From: an uncultured Microthrixaceae bacterium
GTDB taxonomy: Bacteria > Actinomycetota > Acidimicrobiia > Acidimicrobiales > DATDAH01
Assembly: GCA_963845425.1 (NCBI GenBank)
Contig: CAWJSC010000002.1
Coordinates: 193,716-257,715 of the forward strand
DNA length: 64,000 nt
Direction of reading: 5' to 3'
A program made the position numbers and the translations under genes. The notes beneath the pieces are model-generated. The model was given only the letters and a program-made list of their open reading frames with translations, was not told the DNA's origin and made no database searches. Positions 46,417-55,463 of this stretch are shown piece by piece (the stretch's first letter is position 1; each line of letters begins with the position of its first letter).

Positions 46417-47081
46417 TCCGGGTCCTCGTGGTCGACGACCAGCACCTCGTGCGGGCCGGGTTCCAGGTCCTCATCGACTCCGCTCCGGACTGCGAGGTGG
46501 TCGGCGAGGCCGAGAACGGGCTGGAGGCGGTGGCCCTCGCCGCCGAGCACCGGCCCGACGTGGTCCTCATGGACATCCGGATGCCCGAGCTGGACGGGAT
46601 CGAGGCCACGCGGCGCATCGTGGCCGACGACGCCAACGCCGAGACCCACGTCCTCGTCCTCACCACCTTCGACCTGGACGAGTACGTGTTCGAGGCGCTG
46701 CGGGCCGGGGCCAGTGGCTTCCTGCTCAAGGACACCCGGCCCGCCGACCTCTTGGAGGCAGTGCGCATCGTGGCCGGCGGGGAGGCCCTGCTCTCGCCGC
46801 AGGTGACCCGCCGGGTCATCGCCGAGTTCGCCACCCGGCCCGGCCCGGCCGCCGCGGGCGCCACCGAGGCCCTCGCCGCGCTCACCGAGCGGGAGCAGGA
46901 GGTGCTGGCTCAAGTCGGGCGGGGCCTCTCCAACGCCGAGATCGCCGAGGCCCTGTTCGTCAGCCCGGCCACCGCCAAGACCCACGTCAGCCGCGTCATG
47001 ACCAAGCTGCATGCCCGCGACCGGGCCCAGCTGGTGGTCATCGCCTACGAGAGCGGGTTGGTGACCCCCGGCGGCGGCTGA
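46413..47081 (+). CDS. NarL/LuxR-family response regulator
   Basis: GTG 46413 (GTGA overlap with the kinase stop). Receiver: VIRVLVVDDQHLVRAGF...DVVLMDIRMPELDG...LTTFD. HTH: LTEREQEVLAQVGRGLSNAEIAEALFVSPATAKTHVSRVMTKL. Confidence 0.9.
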   Translation: MIRVLVVDDQHLVRAGFQVLIDSAPDCEVVGEAENGLEAVALAAEHRPDVVLMDIRMPELDGIEATRRIVADDANAETHVLVLTTFDLDEYVFEALRAGASGFLLKDTRPADLLEAVRIVAGGEALLSPQVTRRVIAEFATRPGPAAAGATEALAALTEREQEVLAQVGRGLSNAEIAEALFVSPATAKTHVSRVMTKLHARDRAQLVVIAYESGLVTPGGG

Positions 47082-47088
47082 TCCCCAC

Positions 47089-47115
47089 GGTGTAGGCGGC
47101 GACGCCGCGTACACC
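47089..47115 (+). terminator. Possible terminator/attenuator hairpin after the response-regulator gene
   Basis: GGTGTAGGCGGCGACGCCGCGTACACC is a near-perfect palindrome (one mismatch pair) starting 8 nt after the stop at 47081. No U-tract. Confidence 0.35.
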
Positions 47116-47185
47116 CCCCGGCCGACGGCCAGAAGCACCCTGCAGGCCGACGACGGTGTACGGGGCCCGGACGGACAGTGGAGCC

Positions 47186-47962
47186 ATGACCTCAACCCTG
47201 CTCCACCCCATCCCCGAGACCTTCGCCCCCGAGCGGCGGCCCCCCGCCGCCCGGGCCGTGGGGGCGACCAAGACCTACGGCAAGGGTGACTCCGCCGTGC
47301 ACGCCCTCGCCGGCGTGGACGTCGAGTTCGCCGCCGGTGAGTTCACCGCCATCATGGGACCGTCGGGCTCCGGCAAGTCGACCCTGATGCACGCCCTCGC
47401 CGGCCTCGACGACCTGACCTCCGGCCAGGTCTTCGTGGGCGACACCGACCTCACCCAGCTGAAGGACAAGCACCTCACCCGGCTCCGCCGGGACCGGATC
47501 GGCTTCGTCTTCCAGGCCTTCAACCTGATCCCCACCCTGGACGCCCTGGAGAACATCACCCTCCCGGCCGACCTGGCGGGGCGCAAGGTCGACGCCGCCT
47601 GGCTGGACCTGGTCATCGAGACCGTCGGCCTCCGGGCCCGCCTGAGCCACCGGCCCAGCGAGCTCTCCGGCGGCCAGCAGCAGCGGGTCGCGGTGGCCCG
47701 GGCCCTGGCCGGACAGCCCGAGATCGTCTTCGCCGACGAGCCCACCGGCAACCTCGACAGCCGCAGCGGAGCCGAGATCCTCGACTTCATGCGGCGGGCC
47801 GTACGCGAGCTCAGCCAGTCGATCGTGATGGTCACCCACGACCCCGTGGCCGCCAGCTACGCCGACCGCGTCGTCTTCCTGGCCGACGGACAGATCGTCG
47901 ACGAGCTCGTCTCGCCGACCGCCGACTCGGTCCTCGACCGCATGAAGAACTTCGGAAGGTAG
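47186..47962 (+). CDS. ABC transporter ATP-binding protein (MacB/LolD/FtsE class)
   Basis: ATG 47186 with a GGAG RBS. Walker A GPSGSGKST, signature LSGGQQQRVAVARAL, Walker B FADEPTGNLD, H-loop VTHD. Confidence 0.9.
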   Translation: MTSTLLHPIPETFAPERRPPAARAVGATKTYGKGDSAVHALAGVDVEFAAGEFTAIMGPSGSGKSTLMHALAGLDDLTSGQVFVGDTDLTQLKDKHLTRLRRDRIGFVFQAFNLIPTLDALENITLPADLAGRKVDAAWLDLVIETVGLRARLSHRPSELSGGQQQRVAVARALAGQPEIVFADEPTGNLDSRSGAEILDFMRRAVRELSQSIVMVTHDPVAASYADRVVFLADGQIVDELVSPTADSVLDRMKNFGR

Positions 47963-47968
47963 GACACC

Positions 47969-50527
47969 ATGTTCAAGCTCACCGCCAGGGGCCTCTGGGC
48001 CCACAAGCTGCGCTTTGCGCTCACCGGCCTCGCCGTCGTGCTCGGCGTGGCCTTCATGGCCGGGACGATGATCCTGACCGACACGATGGACAGGACCTTC
48101 AGCGGCCTGTTCCAGACCACCAACGCCGGCATCGACGTGGTCGTGCAACGACCCGCGGCCGTGAACAGCGACATGGGCGACGCCCGTGAGCGCATCGACG
48201 CCGCCACCCTCGACCGGGTCCTGGCCGTCGACGGCGTCGAAGGCGCCGCCGGCTCCATCCAGGGCTTCGTCCAGCTGGTCGACGCGAACGGGGAGGCCCG
48301 CGTCAGCGAGGGCCTGACCGCAACCGTCGGCACCAACTGGGTCGACGTCGACTCCCTCAACCCCTTCTCGATCTCCGAGGGCCGGGCGCCGACGGGACCC
48401 GACCAGGTCGTGATCGACGGCGCCTCCGCCGAGCGCGAGGACTGGGCCATCGGTGACACGATCACCGTCCTGGCCAAGGGCCAGCCCAGGGACCTCACCC
48501 TCGTGGGCACCGCCGCCTACGGCGAGGTCGACGGGCTCCCCGGCACCACGGTCGTGGCCGTCGAGGACAGCACCGCCCAGGCGCTGTTCGCCGAACCCGG
48601 CTTCTACGACAACGTCGTCGTGGCCTCCGACGGCAGCCGCACCGACGCCGAACTGGCCGACGCCATCGGCGCCGAGCTGAGCGACGCCCCCGGTCGCTAC
48701 GACGTCATCACGGGTGAAGCCGACACGACCGAGAAGCAGAACACCTTCGAGGAGGACCTCAGCTTCTTCAACCAGTTCCTGCTGGCGTTCGCCTACATCG
48801 CCCTGTTCGTGGGCTCGTTCATCATCTACAACACCTTCTCCATCATCGTCGCCCAGCGTTCCCGGGAGATGGCCATGCTGCGAGCCGTCGGCGCCAGCCG
48901 CCGGCAGGTGCTGCGCTCGGTGCTGCTCGAGTCCATCGGCGTCGGTCTGGTGGCCTCCGCCGTCGGCCTCGGCATGGGTGTGCTCATGTCCTTCGGGCTT
49001 CGGGAGCTGCTCGGGGCCGTCGGCCTGGAGATCCCCTCCGGACCGGTCGTCATCTCCACCGCGACCATCGTCACGTCGGCGATCGTGGGTGTCACCGTGA
49101 CGGTGGTCTCGGCCATCGCCCCGGCCCTGAAGGCCAGCCGCGTCCGTCCCATCACCGCCCTACGGGACGTCGCCCAGGACACGACGGGCTCCTCGGTGCG
49201 CCGGGCCCTCAGCGGCCTCGTCGTGACGGGACTGGGTGTGGCGGCCTTCGCCGCCGGCCTGGTGGCCGAGACGGCCGCCGACGCCATGCCCCTCATCGGG
49301 CTCGGTGCGGTCGGGGTCATCGTGGGGGTGTTCGTCCTCGGGCCGGTCATCGCCCGACCGGCGGTGCATCTCCTGGCCGCTCCGGCCCCCGTGCTGGACG
49401 GCACCACGGGTCGCCTGGCCCGGGAGAACGCCAAGCGCAACCCCAAGCGCACGGCGGCCACCGCCTCGGCCCTGATGATCGGTGTCGCCCTCGTCGGCTT
49501 CATCACCATCCTGGCCGCCTCGACCAAGGACTCGGTCAGCGCGGCCGTGGACCGCTCCCTGCGGGCCGACTACGTCCTCGACTCCGGCTCCTGGGGTGAC
49601 GGTGGGTTCAGCCCCGAGCTGGGCGACACCCTCGCCGCCCTGCCCGAGGTCGACGCCACCTCGCCGATGCGCTCCGCACCGGTGCGGATCGGCGCCGAGT
49701 CGACCGAGGTCCTGGCCTTCGACACCAGCACCCTCGACGAGGTCCTCGACCTCGACGTCACCGCCGGCCGCCTCGACGAGGTCACCGACGGGGGCATCGC
49801 GGTCAAGGCCGACACCGAGGTCGGGGGTCACACCCTGGCCGTCGGTGACCAGGTGCGGGTGCGGTTCGCCCGGACCGGCGTGGTGCCCATGACGGTGGAC
49901 GCGGTGTTCGCCGAGAACGTGCCCGGTGTCGACGGCTCCTATGTCATCGGCCTGGACGCCTTCGAGGCCAACGTCACCGATCAGTTCGATCGCCAGATCT
50001 ACGTGGCGACGGCGGACGGTGTCGACGCCGAGACGTCACTGGCCGCCATCGAGGCGGTGCTGGAGGAATGGCCCAACGCCGATCTCCAGGACCAGGCGGC
50101 CTTCAAGGCCGACATCACCGGGGAGATCGACCGGATGCTGAACCTCATCTACGGCCTGCTGGCGCTGGCGGTCATCATCGCCCTCATCGGCATCGCCAAC
50201 ACCCTGGCCCTGTCGGTCCACGAGCGGCGCCGGGAGATCGGCCTGCTGCGGGCCGTGGGCATGAGCCGCAGCCAGGTACGCCGCACGGTGCGCTGGGAAG
50301 CCGTGGCCATCGCCCTGCTGGGCACCGCACTGGGCACCGGCCTCGCCGTCGCTGGGGCGTGGGGAGTGATCCAGGCCCTGGGCAACGAGGTCACCGCCTT
50401 CACGGTGCCGCCGACCCAGGTCGGCATCATCGTCGGCCTGGCCGCCCTGGCCGGGGTCGGGGCGGCCCTGGGCCCGGCCCGTCGAGCGGCCAAGCTCGAT
50501 GTGCTGGACGCCATCGCCAGCCAGTAG
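47969..50527 (+). CDS. ABC transporter permease, double FtsX/MacB-type (852 aa)
   Basis: Two modules. Each has a TM helix, a large extracytoplasmic MacB-PCD-like domain (e.g. QVVIDGASAEREDWAIGDTITVLAKGQPRDLTLVGTAAYG) and an FtsX 3-TM bundle (REMAMLRAVGASRRQV; REIGLLRAVGMSRSQV). Confidence 0.9.
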   Translation: MFKLTARGLWAHKLRFALTGLAVVLGVAFMAGTMILTDTMDRTFSGLFQTTNAGIDVVVQRPAAVNSDMGDARERIDAATLDRVLAVDGVEGAAGSIQGFVQLVDANGEARVSEGLTATVGTNWVDVDSLNPFSISEGRAPTGPDQVVIDGASAEREDWAIGDTITVLAKGQPRDLTLVGTAAYGEVDGLPGTTVVAVEDSTAQALFAEPGFYDNVVVASDGSRTDAELADAIGAELSDAPGRYDVITGEADTTEKQNTFEEDLSFFNQFLLAFAYIALFVGSFIIYNTFSIIVAQRSREMAMLRAVGASRRQVLRSVLLESIGVGLVASAVGLGMGVLMSFGLRELLGAVGLEIPSGPVVISTATIVTSAIVGVTVTVVSAIAPALKASRVRPITALRDVAQDTTGSSVRRALSGLVVTGLGVAAFAAGLVAETAADAMPLIGLGAVGVIVGVFVLGPVIARPAVHLLAAPAPVLDGTTGRLARENAKRNPKRTAATASALMIGVALVGFITILAASTKDSVSAAVDRSLRADYVLDSGSWGDGGFSPELGDTLAALPEVDATSPMRSAPVRIGAESTEVLAFDTSTLDEVLDLDVTAGRLDEVTDGGIAVKADTEVGGHTLAVGDQVRVRFARTGVVPMTVDAVFAENVPGVDGSYVIGLDAFEANVTDQFDRQIYVATADGVDAETSLAAIEAVLEEWPNADLQDQAAFKADITGEIDRMLNLIYGLLALAVIIALIGIANTLALSVHERRREIGLLRAVGMSRSQVRRTVRWEAVAIALLGTALGTGLAVAGAWGVIQALGNEVTAFTVPPTQVGIIVGLAALAGVGAALGPARRAAKLDVLDAIASQ

Positions 50528-50592
50528 GGGCGTTCGGCTCGGCCCCGGTCCTGTCGCTTCGGCGGCGGAGCCGGGGCCCCGTCGCGTCGGGG

Positions 50593-50943
50593 TCAGGCGG
50601 CGCCGGACTCACAGACGTTCATGAGGTGGTCGGGCCACTGCGAAGACGGGAGCTGCCAGTAGCTGCCGTCGGCACAGTCGAGCGCGGGGTTCACCTCGGC
50701 GAAGACGCCATCGTCGACGTTGTTGTAGCCCGGCACCGACCACACGTGGACCATGTACTGGGTCGAGTCGATCATGAAGCCCCCGACCTCGCCACACTGG
50801 GCGTCGGTGACCTGCAGGTCGGCGCCGAAGGGGGCGTCGATCTCACCGTTGGCGAACTTGATGCAGGTGTTCTCGTGGTAGTGCCAGACGTCGTTGGCCC
50901 CGGCGAAGCCCTCGGGCTCGGTCGCCGTCGTGGCGTAGTACAT
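50593..50943 (-). CDS. Hypothetical Cys/His/Trp-rich protein (116 aa), possibly a 5'-truncated remnant
   Basis: Good coding composition (VWHYHENTCIKF...YMVHVWSVPGYNNVDDGVFAEVNPALDC...). It has no signal peptide and no RBS, although the sequence looks like a secreted metal/disulfide protein. The upstream in-frame sequence is non-coding-like and abuts a REP-like hairpin. Confidence 0.5.
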   Translation of the reverse strand: MYYATTATEPEGFAGANDVWHYHENTCIKFANGEIDAPFGADLQVTDAQCGEVGGFMIDSTQYMVHVWSVPGYNNVDDGVFAEVNPALDCADGSYWQLPSSQWPDHLMNVCESGAA

Positions 50944-51046
50944 GAAGCCGGCGCGACCGGGGAGTCCGGCTCGGTGCCGTCGTAGTCCCCCGTGCCCGCC
51001 GGCCGTCGCCGCCCGCCGACCGACACCGCGCTGGAGCGGCCGACCG

Positions 51047-51093
51047 CGTTGGAGGCAATAGGGGGCGGTTTCCGCCCTCTATTGCCTCCGACG
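51047..51093. repeat. REP-like palindromic element, copy B
   Basis: ...TTGGAGGCAATAGGGGGCGG-TTT-CCGCCCTCTATTGCCTCCGA... shares a 20-nt identical left arm and the TATTGCCTCC right arm with copy A. Its G:T position is shifted by one. Confidence 0.85.
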
Positions 51094-51151
51094 AACGCTG
51101 ATCGTGAACGCCCGGTGGGCACCACAGACGCCAGACGGAGGGGCCGGCCGG

Positions 51152-52519
51152 TCAGGGCCCGACGAGCCGGCCGGCGACGAGGGTGGCGGTGACCCGGACA
51201 GCGGCCAGGTCCTCGAGGGCGTCGGCGAGGGGGCGGTCCAGGACGCAGAGGTCGGCCGCGGCGCCGACCTCGATCCGCCGAGGTGGGCCGGCGGGGGCGT
51301 CGGGTGGGCCGAGGAAGAGGTCGAGGGCGCGGCGGGCGGCGATGCGCTCGTCGGAGCCGAAGACGCGGCCGGCCGCCGTGCGGCGGTCGACGGCCGCGGC
51401 CATGGCCCGCCACGGGTCGGCCGGGCCGTAGGGGGCGTCGGTCCCGCCGCCGACCGGGACGGCACCGTCGAGCAGGGTGCCGCAGCGCCAGAGGTCGGGC
51501 CGGTCGACGGGGTCGACCTCGGCCAGGTAGCGGTCACCCCGTTCGGCGACGAAGCCGGGCTGGGTGACGACGATGACGCCGAGGTCCGCCAAGGCCGGGA
51601 TGGCACTCACCGGGATGACCGCACCGTGCTCGACCCGGTCGCCCGGGAGCGTGCCGACCTCGGCCCAGGCGGCCAGCAGGAGGGCCAGGGCCTCGGCGGT
51701 GACGCAGTGCACGGCGACCGGTCGGCCGTCCCGATGCGCCCGGTCGATTGCCGCGACCAGGGCGGGAAGCGTCGGGAGGTCGTGGTCGCCGATGACGACC
51801 TTGGCCGGTCCCCGGCCGAGTTCGTCCTCGACCGCTAGGCCTGGCGCGCCGGTGACGACCACCCGCTGGGGGATCGAACCGTCGGCCACCCCGGCCGCCA
51901 GCCGGCTCGGGCCGCCGGGGTCGGTGAAGGGAGTGGCGTCGGTGACGCCGGTGACGCCGTGGGCCGTGAGGGCGGCCCCCACCTCGGCCAGGTGGAGGTC
52001 CGGCTCCGGCCACGCCCCGCCGAGGCGCTCGTCGCCCCGCAGGATCCATCCCCGCACGCGCTCCTCGTCGGTGAACGCCACGCCGGCGGCGGCGACCGCC
52101 GTCAGCGCCGCGCCGTTGAGGATCCAGAGGGCACCTGAAGCGTCCTGGACCCGGACGGGGACGGCGCCCGCCCAGTCGTCGAGCCGCGCCCGGTCGAGGT
52201 CCACCGACGACGGGACGAACCCGGTTGCCCGCACCCACCGGCCGGGCCGCGTAGCGGCCGCGGCCCGGCGGATGGCTTCCTCAGCGACCACCGCCGGCGA
52301 GAGGTCGAGCGACCCCGCGGCGGCGGCCATGGCCAGCAGGTGCAGGTGATGGTCGTTTAGCCCCGGCATGACCGCTCGCCCCTCCACGTCGAGCACCTCG
52401 TGGGGTCCCACCGGCCGCTGATCGGCCCTGAGCTGCGCGATCCGGCCGTCGGCCAGCAGCACATCGACCCGCCGCCCGTCCACCTCCCCACCCCGCAGCA
52501 CCAGCGCCGTCACGACCAC
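51152..52519 (-). CDS. Amidohydrolase family protein (YtcJ-like metal-dependent hydrolase)
   Basis: 455 aa. N-terminal beta-sandwich then PGLNDHHLHL (HxH metal site), AVHCVT, VEHG, GGTDAP. GTG start with a GGGAG RBS. Confidence 0.85.
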   Translation of the reverse strand: MVVTALVLRGGEVDGRRVDVLLADGRIAQLRADQRPVGPHEVLDVEGRAVMPGLNDHHLHLLAMAAAAGSLDLSPAVVAEEAIRRAAAATRPGRWVRATGFVPSSVDLDRARLDDWAGAVPVRVQDASGALWILNGAALTAVAAAGVAFTDEERVRGWILRGDERLGGAWPEPDLHLAEVGAALTAHGVTGVTDATPFTDPGGPSRLAAGVADGSIPQRVVVTGAPGLAVEDELGRGPAKVVIGDHDLPTLPALVAAIDRAHRDGRPVAVHCVTAEALALLLAAWAEVGTLPGDRVEHGAVIPVSAIPALADLGVIVVTQPGFVAERGDRYLAEVDPVDRPDLWRCGTLLDGAVPVGGGTDAPYGPADPWRAMAAAVDRRTAAGRVFGSDERIAARRALDLFLGPPDAPAGPPRRIEVGAAADLCVLDRPLADALEDLAAVRVTATLVAGRLVGP

Positions 52520-52604
52520 CTCCCTGTTCCGGCCACCCCGGCAACCGGCACCGGATTCCGGGGTCGAGGCCCGGAAATCCGGTGCCAGAACGAGGGGTGG
52601 GCGC

Positions 52605-53798
52605 TCATGCGAGCTCGGAGAGGACTGTGTCGGTGTCGGCGCCGAGGGGGCGGGCCGAGCCGGTCACGGGACGAGAGCGAGGCGAGGGCACGGGCTCGGG
52701 GACGGGGACCGACGGGCCGGGGCGGAGGACGGATGCCGCCACGCGGGACAGGGCCACATCCAGCAGCCAGGTCCCGCCCTCGGCCAAGGCGTCGCCGACC
52801 GCCTGAGCGGCGGCGATGCCGGCCATCGGGTCGGCCACGGCGTCGGCCAGGAAGCAGGGGCCTCCGTCGTCCTCGACGACGAGGCCACCGGCGACCGCGG
52901 TGTCGTCGCCGAAGCCCACCCGGTCGGCCCCAGGGCCCGAGCGCCCGTGAGCGGTGATCGAGACCCAGACCACGGGACCGGCGTCGGCGGCGAGGTACGC
53001 CTCGGCGTCGATCCCCCACTGCCGAAGGGCCCGGGGGCGCGAGCCCTCGATCACGACATCCGCGGCCTGGAGCAGCGCCCGTAGCCGGGCCAAGCCGTAG
53101 GTCGACGGCAGATCCAGGGCCACCGAGGCCTTCCCGTGGTTGAGCAGGTCGAAGAACCCGCTGTCGTCCTGGCGGCCACCGTCCGGCCGTCGGCTCGACT
53201 CCACCTTCACCACCCGGGCTCCACCCAGCCCCAGCAGGTGGCTGCACAGCGGCCCCGCCCAGAGGGAGCTGAGATCGACGACGAGGGTCAGCCCGTCCGA
53301 AGCGGAGCGCTCGCCCACACGGGTACCCACGACGCCATCGCCCGGTGACACCTCGCCGACCGTCGACACCGGCAGGCCCAGCTCCGCCCCCCGCTGGACC
53401 AACCCCGCCGGCGCCCTGGTCCGCACCGCCTCCGTCACCGCGCCCCAGGCATCCGACGGCGCGGCGTCGAGCACCAGCCAGGCGGGAACCAGATCGACGT
53501 CGTCGGGCCGGGCCAGGTTCAGGGCGATCCAACCATCGTCCGCCGGCAGCAGACGGGCGGATCCGCCGCAGCTCGTGGAGCCCGCCCGGATGTGACCGGC
53601 CAGCGCGGCCCGCTCCCCGAGCAGGGCCAAGGGGTCGGCGACCGGCGCGCCCGACACCAGGTCCGCGATGGCGTCGATGGTGCCTGCGGACGGGAGCAGG
53701 GCCGGCCCGTCGGCCCGTCCGGTCAGCCGGGCCAAGCCGTTCGCGATCCACGCCGCCGTCGAGTCCGGGTCCACCCCCACCCGCGGGACGGTACCCAC
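52605..53798 (-). CDS. Family-III CoA-transferase-like protein with atypical domain order
   Basis: Track ORF 52605..54431 trimmed to GTG 53798 (alternatives 53780 and 53774), because the plus-strand gene starts at 53868. The Rossmann signature LVVDLSSLWAGPLCSHLLGLGGARVVKVESSRRPDG sits about 170 aa in rather than at the N-terminus. The catalytic-Asp-like region is LADAVADPMAGI. Confidence 0.7.
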   Translation of the reverse strand: MGTVPRVGVDPDSTAAWIANGLARLTGRADGPALLPSAGTIDAIADLVSGAPVADPLALLGERAALAGHIRAGSTSCGGSARLLPADDGWIALNLARPDDVDLVPAWLVLDAAPSDAWGAVTEAVRTRAPAGLVQRGAELGLPVSTVGEVSPGDGVVGTRVGERSASDGLTLVVDLSSLWAGPLCSHLLGLGGARVVKVESSRRPDGGRQDDSGFFDLLNHGKASVALDLPSTYGLARLRALLQAADVVIEGSRPRALRQWGIDAEAYLAADAGPVVWVSITAHGRSGPGADRVGFGDDTAVAGGLVVEDDGGPCFLADAVADPMAGIAAAQAVGDALAEGGTWLLDVALSRVAASVLRPGPSVPVPEPVPSPRSRPVTGSARPLGADTDTVLSELA

Positions 53799-53867
53799 GG
53801 CCGAAGGGGGCCCGGAGCGCTCGACGCGGCGGTACGGTCCCAGGCTTGACCGACCCGAGGGGGAGTT

Positions 53868-54242
53868 GTGGCTGAGCCGATCGACGTGGTGCGGGAGTTC
53901 TGTGACGCCTGGGGCACGCCGGCCCAGATCGACACGGCGCTGGCCCACCTGGCCGACGACTGCGTGTACCACAACATCCCGTTGGAGCCGGTGAACGGGA
54001 TCGATGACATCCGAGCCACCGTCCTGGGCTTCACGGCCGGCGTCGAGAAGGTGGAGTTCGAGACCCTGGCCATCGCCGCCAACGGCTCGACCGTGCTCAC
54101 CGAGCGCATCGACACGTTCTTCTTCCCCGGCCAGCCGGTCGCCCTGCCCGTCATGGGGACCTTCGAGGTGAACGCCGACGGCAAGATCACCGCCTGGCGG
54201 GACTACTTCGACCTCAACCAGTTCATGAGCCAGATGGGGTGA
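53868..54242 (+). CDS. Limonene-1,2-epoxide-hydrolase-like / SnoaL-fold protein
   Basis: 124 aa, GTG start with a GGGGGAG RBS. Sequence: VVREFCDAWG...CVYHNIPLEPVNGIDDI...VLTERIDTFFF...VMGTFEVNADGKITAWRDYFD. Confidence 0.8.
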   Translation: MAEPIDVVREFCDAWGTPAQIDTALAHLADDCVYHNIPLEPVNGIDDIRATVLGFTAGVEKVEFETLAIAANGSTVLTERIDTFFFPGQPVALPVMGTFEVNADGKITAWRDYFDLNQFMSQMG

Positions 54243-55285
54243 GGCGGGGCGCAACCGCCGTCCTCGCCGCCGCACTGCTGCTGAGCGCCTGCCGCGGGGA
54301 CGACGACACCGAGACGGCGGCGGCGGACACCACCGCGCCGCCCGAGACCACGAGCACGACCGCGGCCCCAGTCGATCCGGCGTCGGTGCCGGCGGCGCCA
54401 TCCCCCGGGTGCGGCGGCGCGGCGACCACACCTCCGGGTGAGGCGGAGCACGTCATCAGCTCCGGAGGCACCGACCGGACCTACGCCCAGTACGTCCCGA
54501 CGGCCCACACCGGCGACGCCCCAGTGCCCCTCGTGCTGGACATCCACGGCCTGCTCGAGGGCGGCCCGATCCACGCGCTGCACACCGGCCTCGGGCCATT
54601 CGGCGAGCAAGAGGGCTTCGTCACCATCACCCCGGACTCCGGCCGGACGGCCGACGCCTGGGAGCTCCTGGGCGACGAGGACGTCACCTTCATGGGCGAC
54701 CTCCTCGACCAGGTGGAGGGCGAGCTCTGCATCGACCGGAACCGGGTGTACTCGACCGGGCTCTCGTGGGGTGGCCTGATGACCACGGTGCTGGGCTGCC
54801 GGCTGTCGGATCGCATCGCCGCCGCCGCCCCCGTGGCCGGCATCGCCGTGCTCGACCCCTGCGACCGCACGCGGCCGGTGCCCGCGATCATCTTCCACGG
54901 CACCGACGACGAGTTCCTCGCCTACGACGGCGGCGTGGGCGCCGCCGCCGAGGACCTGCCGTTGCCCGACGACCCGGGCGAGACCGCGGGGGACGTCGAG
55001 GACGCCCTCCTCGATGACGTGCTCCCCGGCGCCGAGGCGAGTGCCGCGGCCTGGGCCGAGGGCAATGGCTGTCCTGACGCCGAGCCGGCGACGGAGCCGG
55101 TGTCCGACACCGTCGACCGCCTCGACTACGGCTGTGAGGTCGAGCTCTACCGGGTGGTCGGGGGTGGCCACACCTGGCCGGGCAGCGCGTTCGACGCCGC
55201 CATCGGCGACATCGTCGGCCCCGTCGACCTCAGTGTCTCGGCCAACGAGGTCATGTGGGCCTTCTTCCAGGCCCACCCGCGGTGA
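54239..55285 (+). CDS. Lipoprotein esterase (PHB-depolymerase/LpqC-like alpha/beta hydrolase)
   Basis: 348 aa. Lipobox VLAAALLLSAC, a T/P/A-rich linker, VPLVLDIHG, nucleophile elbow GLSWGG, IFHGTDD, GGGHTWPG. GTGA overlap with the upstream stop. Confidence 0.8.
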   Translation: MRRGATAVLAAALLLSACRGDDDTETAAADTTAPPETTSTTAAPVDPASVPAAPSPGCGGAATTPPGEAEHVISSGGTDRTYAQYVPTAHTGDAPVPLVLDIHGLLEGGPIHALHTGLGPFGEQEGFVTITPDSGRTADAWELLGDEDVTFMGDLLDQVEGELCIDRNRVYSTGLSWGGLMTTVLGCRLSDRIAAAAPVAGIAVLDPCDRTRPVPAIIFHGTDDEFLAYDGGVGAAAEDLPLPDDPGETAGDVEDALLDDVLPGAEASAAAWAEGNGCPDAEPATEPVSDTVDRLDYGCEVELYRVVGGGHTWPGSAFDAAIGDIVGPVDLSVSANEVMWAFFQAHPR

Positions 55286-55463
55286 CATAACTCCGCTCCG
55301 CCGGTGACATTGCTCCGCTCCGCTCCGCCGGCTTCGCCGATGCGAAAGGTCGACCGTGCTGCTGCGCTGCGCTCCGCAGCCTCCGGATCCCCGTCGGCGT
55401 AAGGTCTGCGACCGGGACGAGGAACCGGTGTGGTACCTCGGCCACTCCCTGGGGGGGAGCTGC

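Noticed and set aside
55282-55330. GTGACAT(N3)CTCCGCTCCGCCG mini-repeats upstream of the MMPL gene and CGGAGCGGAGC downstream (57977-57987), considered as inverted terminal repeats of a mobile MMPL cassette
   Set aside because: The shared strings are only 11-13 nt. Matches of that length are expected by chance many times in 64 kb of biased-composition DNA, and there is no transposase or target duplication. The local 22/27-nt tandem at 55282-55330 is real but too short to interpret.
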